Source: Podarcis cretensis
Taxonomy: Eukaryota
Assembly (NCBI GenBank): GCA_951804945.1
Contig: OX638153.1
Span: 4,092,001 to 4,156,000, forward strand
DNA length: 64,000 nucleotides
Direction: 5' to 3'
Shown here: positions 62,898 to 64,000 of the stretch, piece by piece
How the letters are laid out: each line of letters opens with the position of its first letter
Position numbering within the stretch: position 1 is the stretch's first letter
Program-made: the position numbers and the translations under genes
Notes under the pieces: model-generated
What the model was told of the DNA's origin: nothing
Database searches by the model: none
The model's input: the letters and a program-made list of their open reading frames with translations, nothing else

Positions 62898-63788
62898 CCT
62901 TTCTAAAATACTGCACTTTTAAAAGCAACAAAGGAGATTGACGCCCTGTTTGCACCATGTTGCTATGTGGATTGTTTCTCCTGTCAGAAGTCTTTTATTT
63001 TTCCCTCCTCCAACAAATGGAGATAATCAAGCAAGGAGGCATCTTTGAAAATGCAAAGGCCAAAGTCAGGCCCACTCTCCTTTGCCTTCAGCAAAACAAT
63101 TTCATCCCCCTCCCATGTGACCACAGCTTTAAATGAAAGACAGACCTCTGAAGCCAGGGAGATGTATTAATCTCTCACATTCTGTGGAGAGTTTATAGAT
63201 GCGAGGAAATTGCCCTGCACCTTTGGGGACTTTGCAAAGTTACACATCAAACTATCTACTGGTGCTGTTTATGGCAAATTGTTTTCTTCTCCCACAGTCC
63301 CTAAGAAGTAACATCAAGTCACAGAAAACAACCACCATCAGCAAATGGTTTATTTAGCATATTGCAGCTACAGCTGTTATCAATACAGAAGTTAAAAAAA
63401 AAAAATCCAAACATAGCACAGACCTTCATCAATTATGAAATGTACGCAGCTCTTAACAGCCACAGGCAAGAAAAACAGGGGTGCTTCCATGCACGGAAGA
63501 TAGGGGCACCCAACCCTTGCTTTTCTGCTTTTCCCTTCCTTGATTTCTGCAGAATCAGAAGAACCACTTTGCTCCCAGATTTCTGGAATCCAAAAAGCAC
63601 TCTGTATCTAAGGGATCAGCTCCCTTCCCCAGCTGGGAGTCGGGTGTGTGTACCATATTTCCACTGGGAAAACACATTTCCCAAGTCAATCTCGGGAAAG
63701 AAGGATCTCTAAAAAAGTGCAACCAACTTTCAGAAAAGAGGGTAATATCTGTAGGAAATACATACATAAGGTTTCAACAGGCCCTTAC

Positions 63789-63904
63789 CCTTACGACAAC
63801 CACTTGCACAGAAACATGTTCAGGAAGTCGGATGGGAGCCCGGAAGTGCATCGCCAGAGCTACCAGCAGGTGGAGAATGGACACCAGGTTCTTGCCATGG
63901 ATTG
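63789..63904 (-). CDS. PARVB: beta-parvin exon: (S)IHGKNLVSILHLLVALAMHFRAPIRLPEHVSVQVVVVR
   Basis: AAG acceptor and GT donor; 116 nt; end of CH1. Upstream exons lie outside the window. Confidence 0.96.
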
Positions 63905-64000
63905 CTTGGAGGGAAACACAGGTATATAGAGACACACAAATTTTAAAAGGCAATTAAGGGAAAACATTTTCTGGGTAAGTTTTGGATCGGTGATCTGGGG

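Noticed and set aside
1-64000. CRISPR array or prokaryotic defence system
   Set aside because: The window is intron-rich vertebrate DNA, and no regularly spaced repeat-spacer array was seen.

Overview
Vertebrate genomic DNA from a squamate reptile, most likely a lacertid lizard (inferred from the Sauria SINE, tRNA-Lys SINE, BovB and L1 repeat content). It has two N gaps. On the minus strand it carries the last eight coding exons of beta-parvin (PARVB, 63904->53105). These are followed in tandem by a complete 12-coding-exon gamma-parvin gene (PARVG, ATG 40221 -> TGA 24277; 966 nt, 321 aa), which I rebuilt by hand with canonical GT-AG sites and consistent phases. About 4 kb downstream of PARVG there are 4-5 spliced, partly decayed exons resembling a maestro HEAT-like repeat (MROH) gene (18755-21234, minus strand). 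The ORF track does not show them as a gene. The rest is a dense repeat landscape: a young 5'-truncated L1 with an intact 440-aa ORF2 C-terminus, non-autonomous L1 derivatives (one apparently complete, 2.1 kb, with a 16-bp TSD), five solo-LTR-like elements, hAT and Tc1/pogo MITEs, SINEs, BovB/L2 fragments and microsatellites. Of the LTRs, two carry an acidic/basic reading frame and one has tandem tRNA-Leu PBS-like units in its 3' end. Family assignments rest on my recall of consensus sequences, not on database searches.
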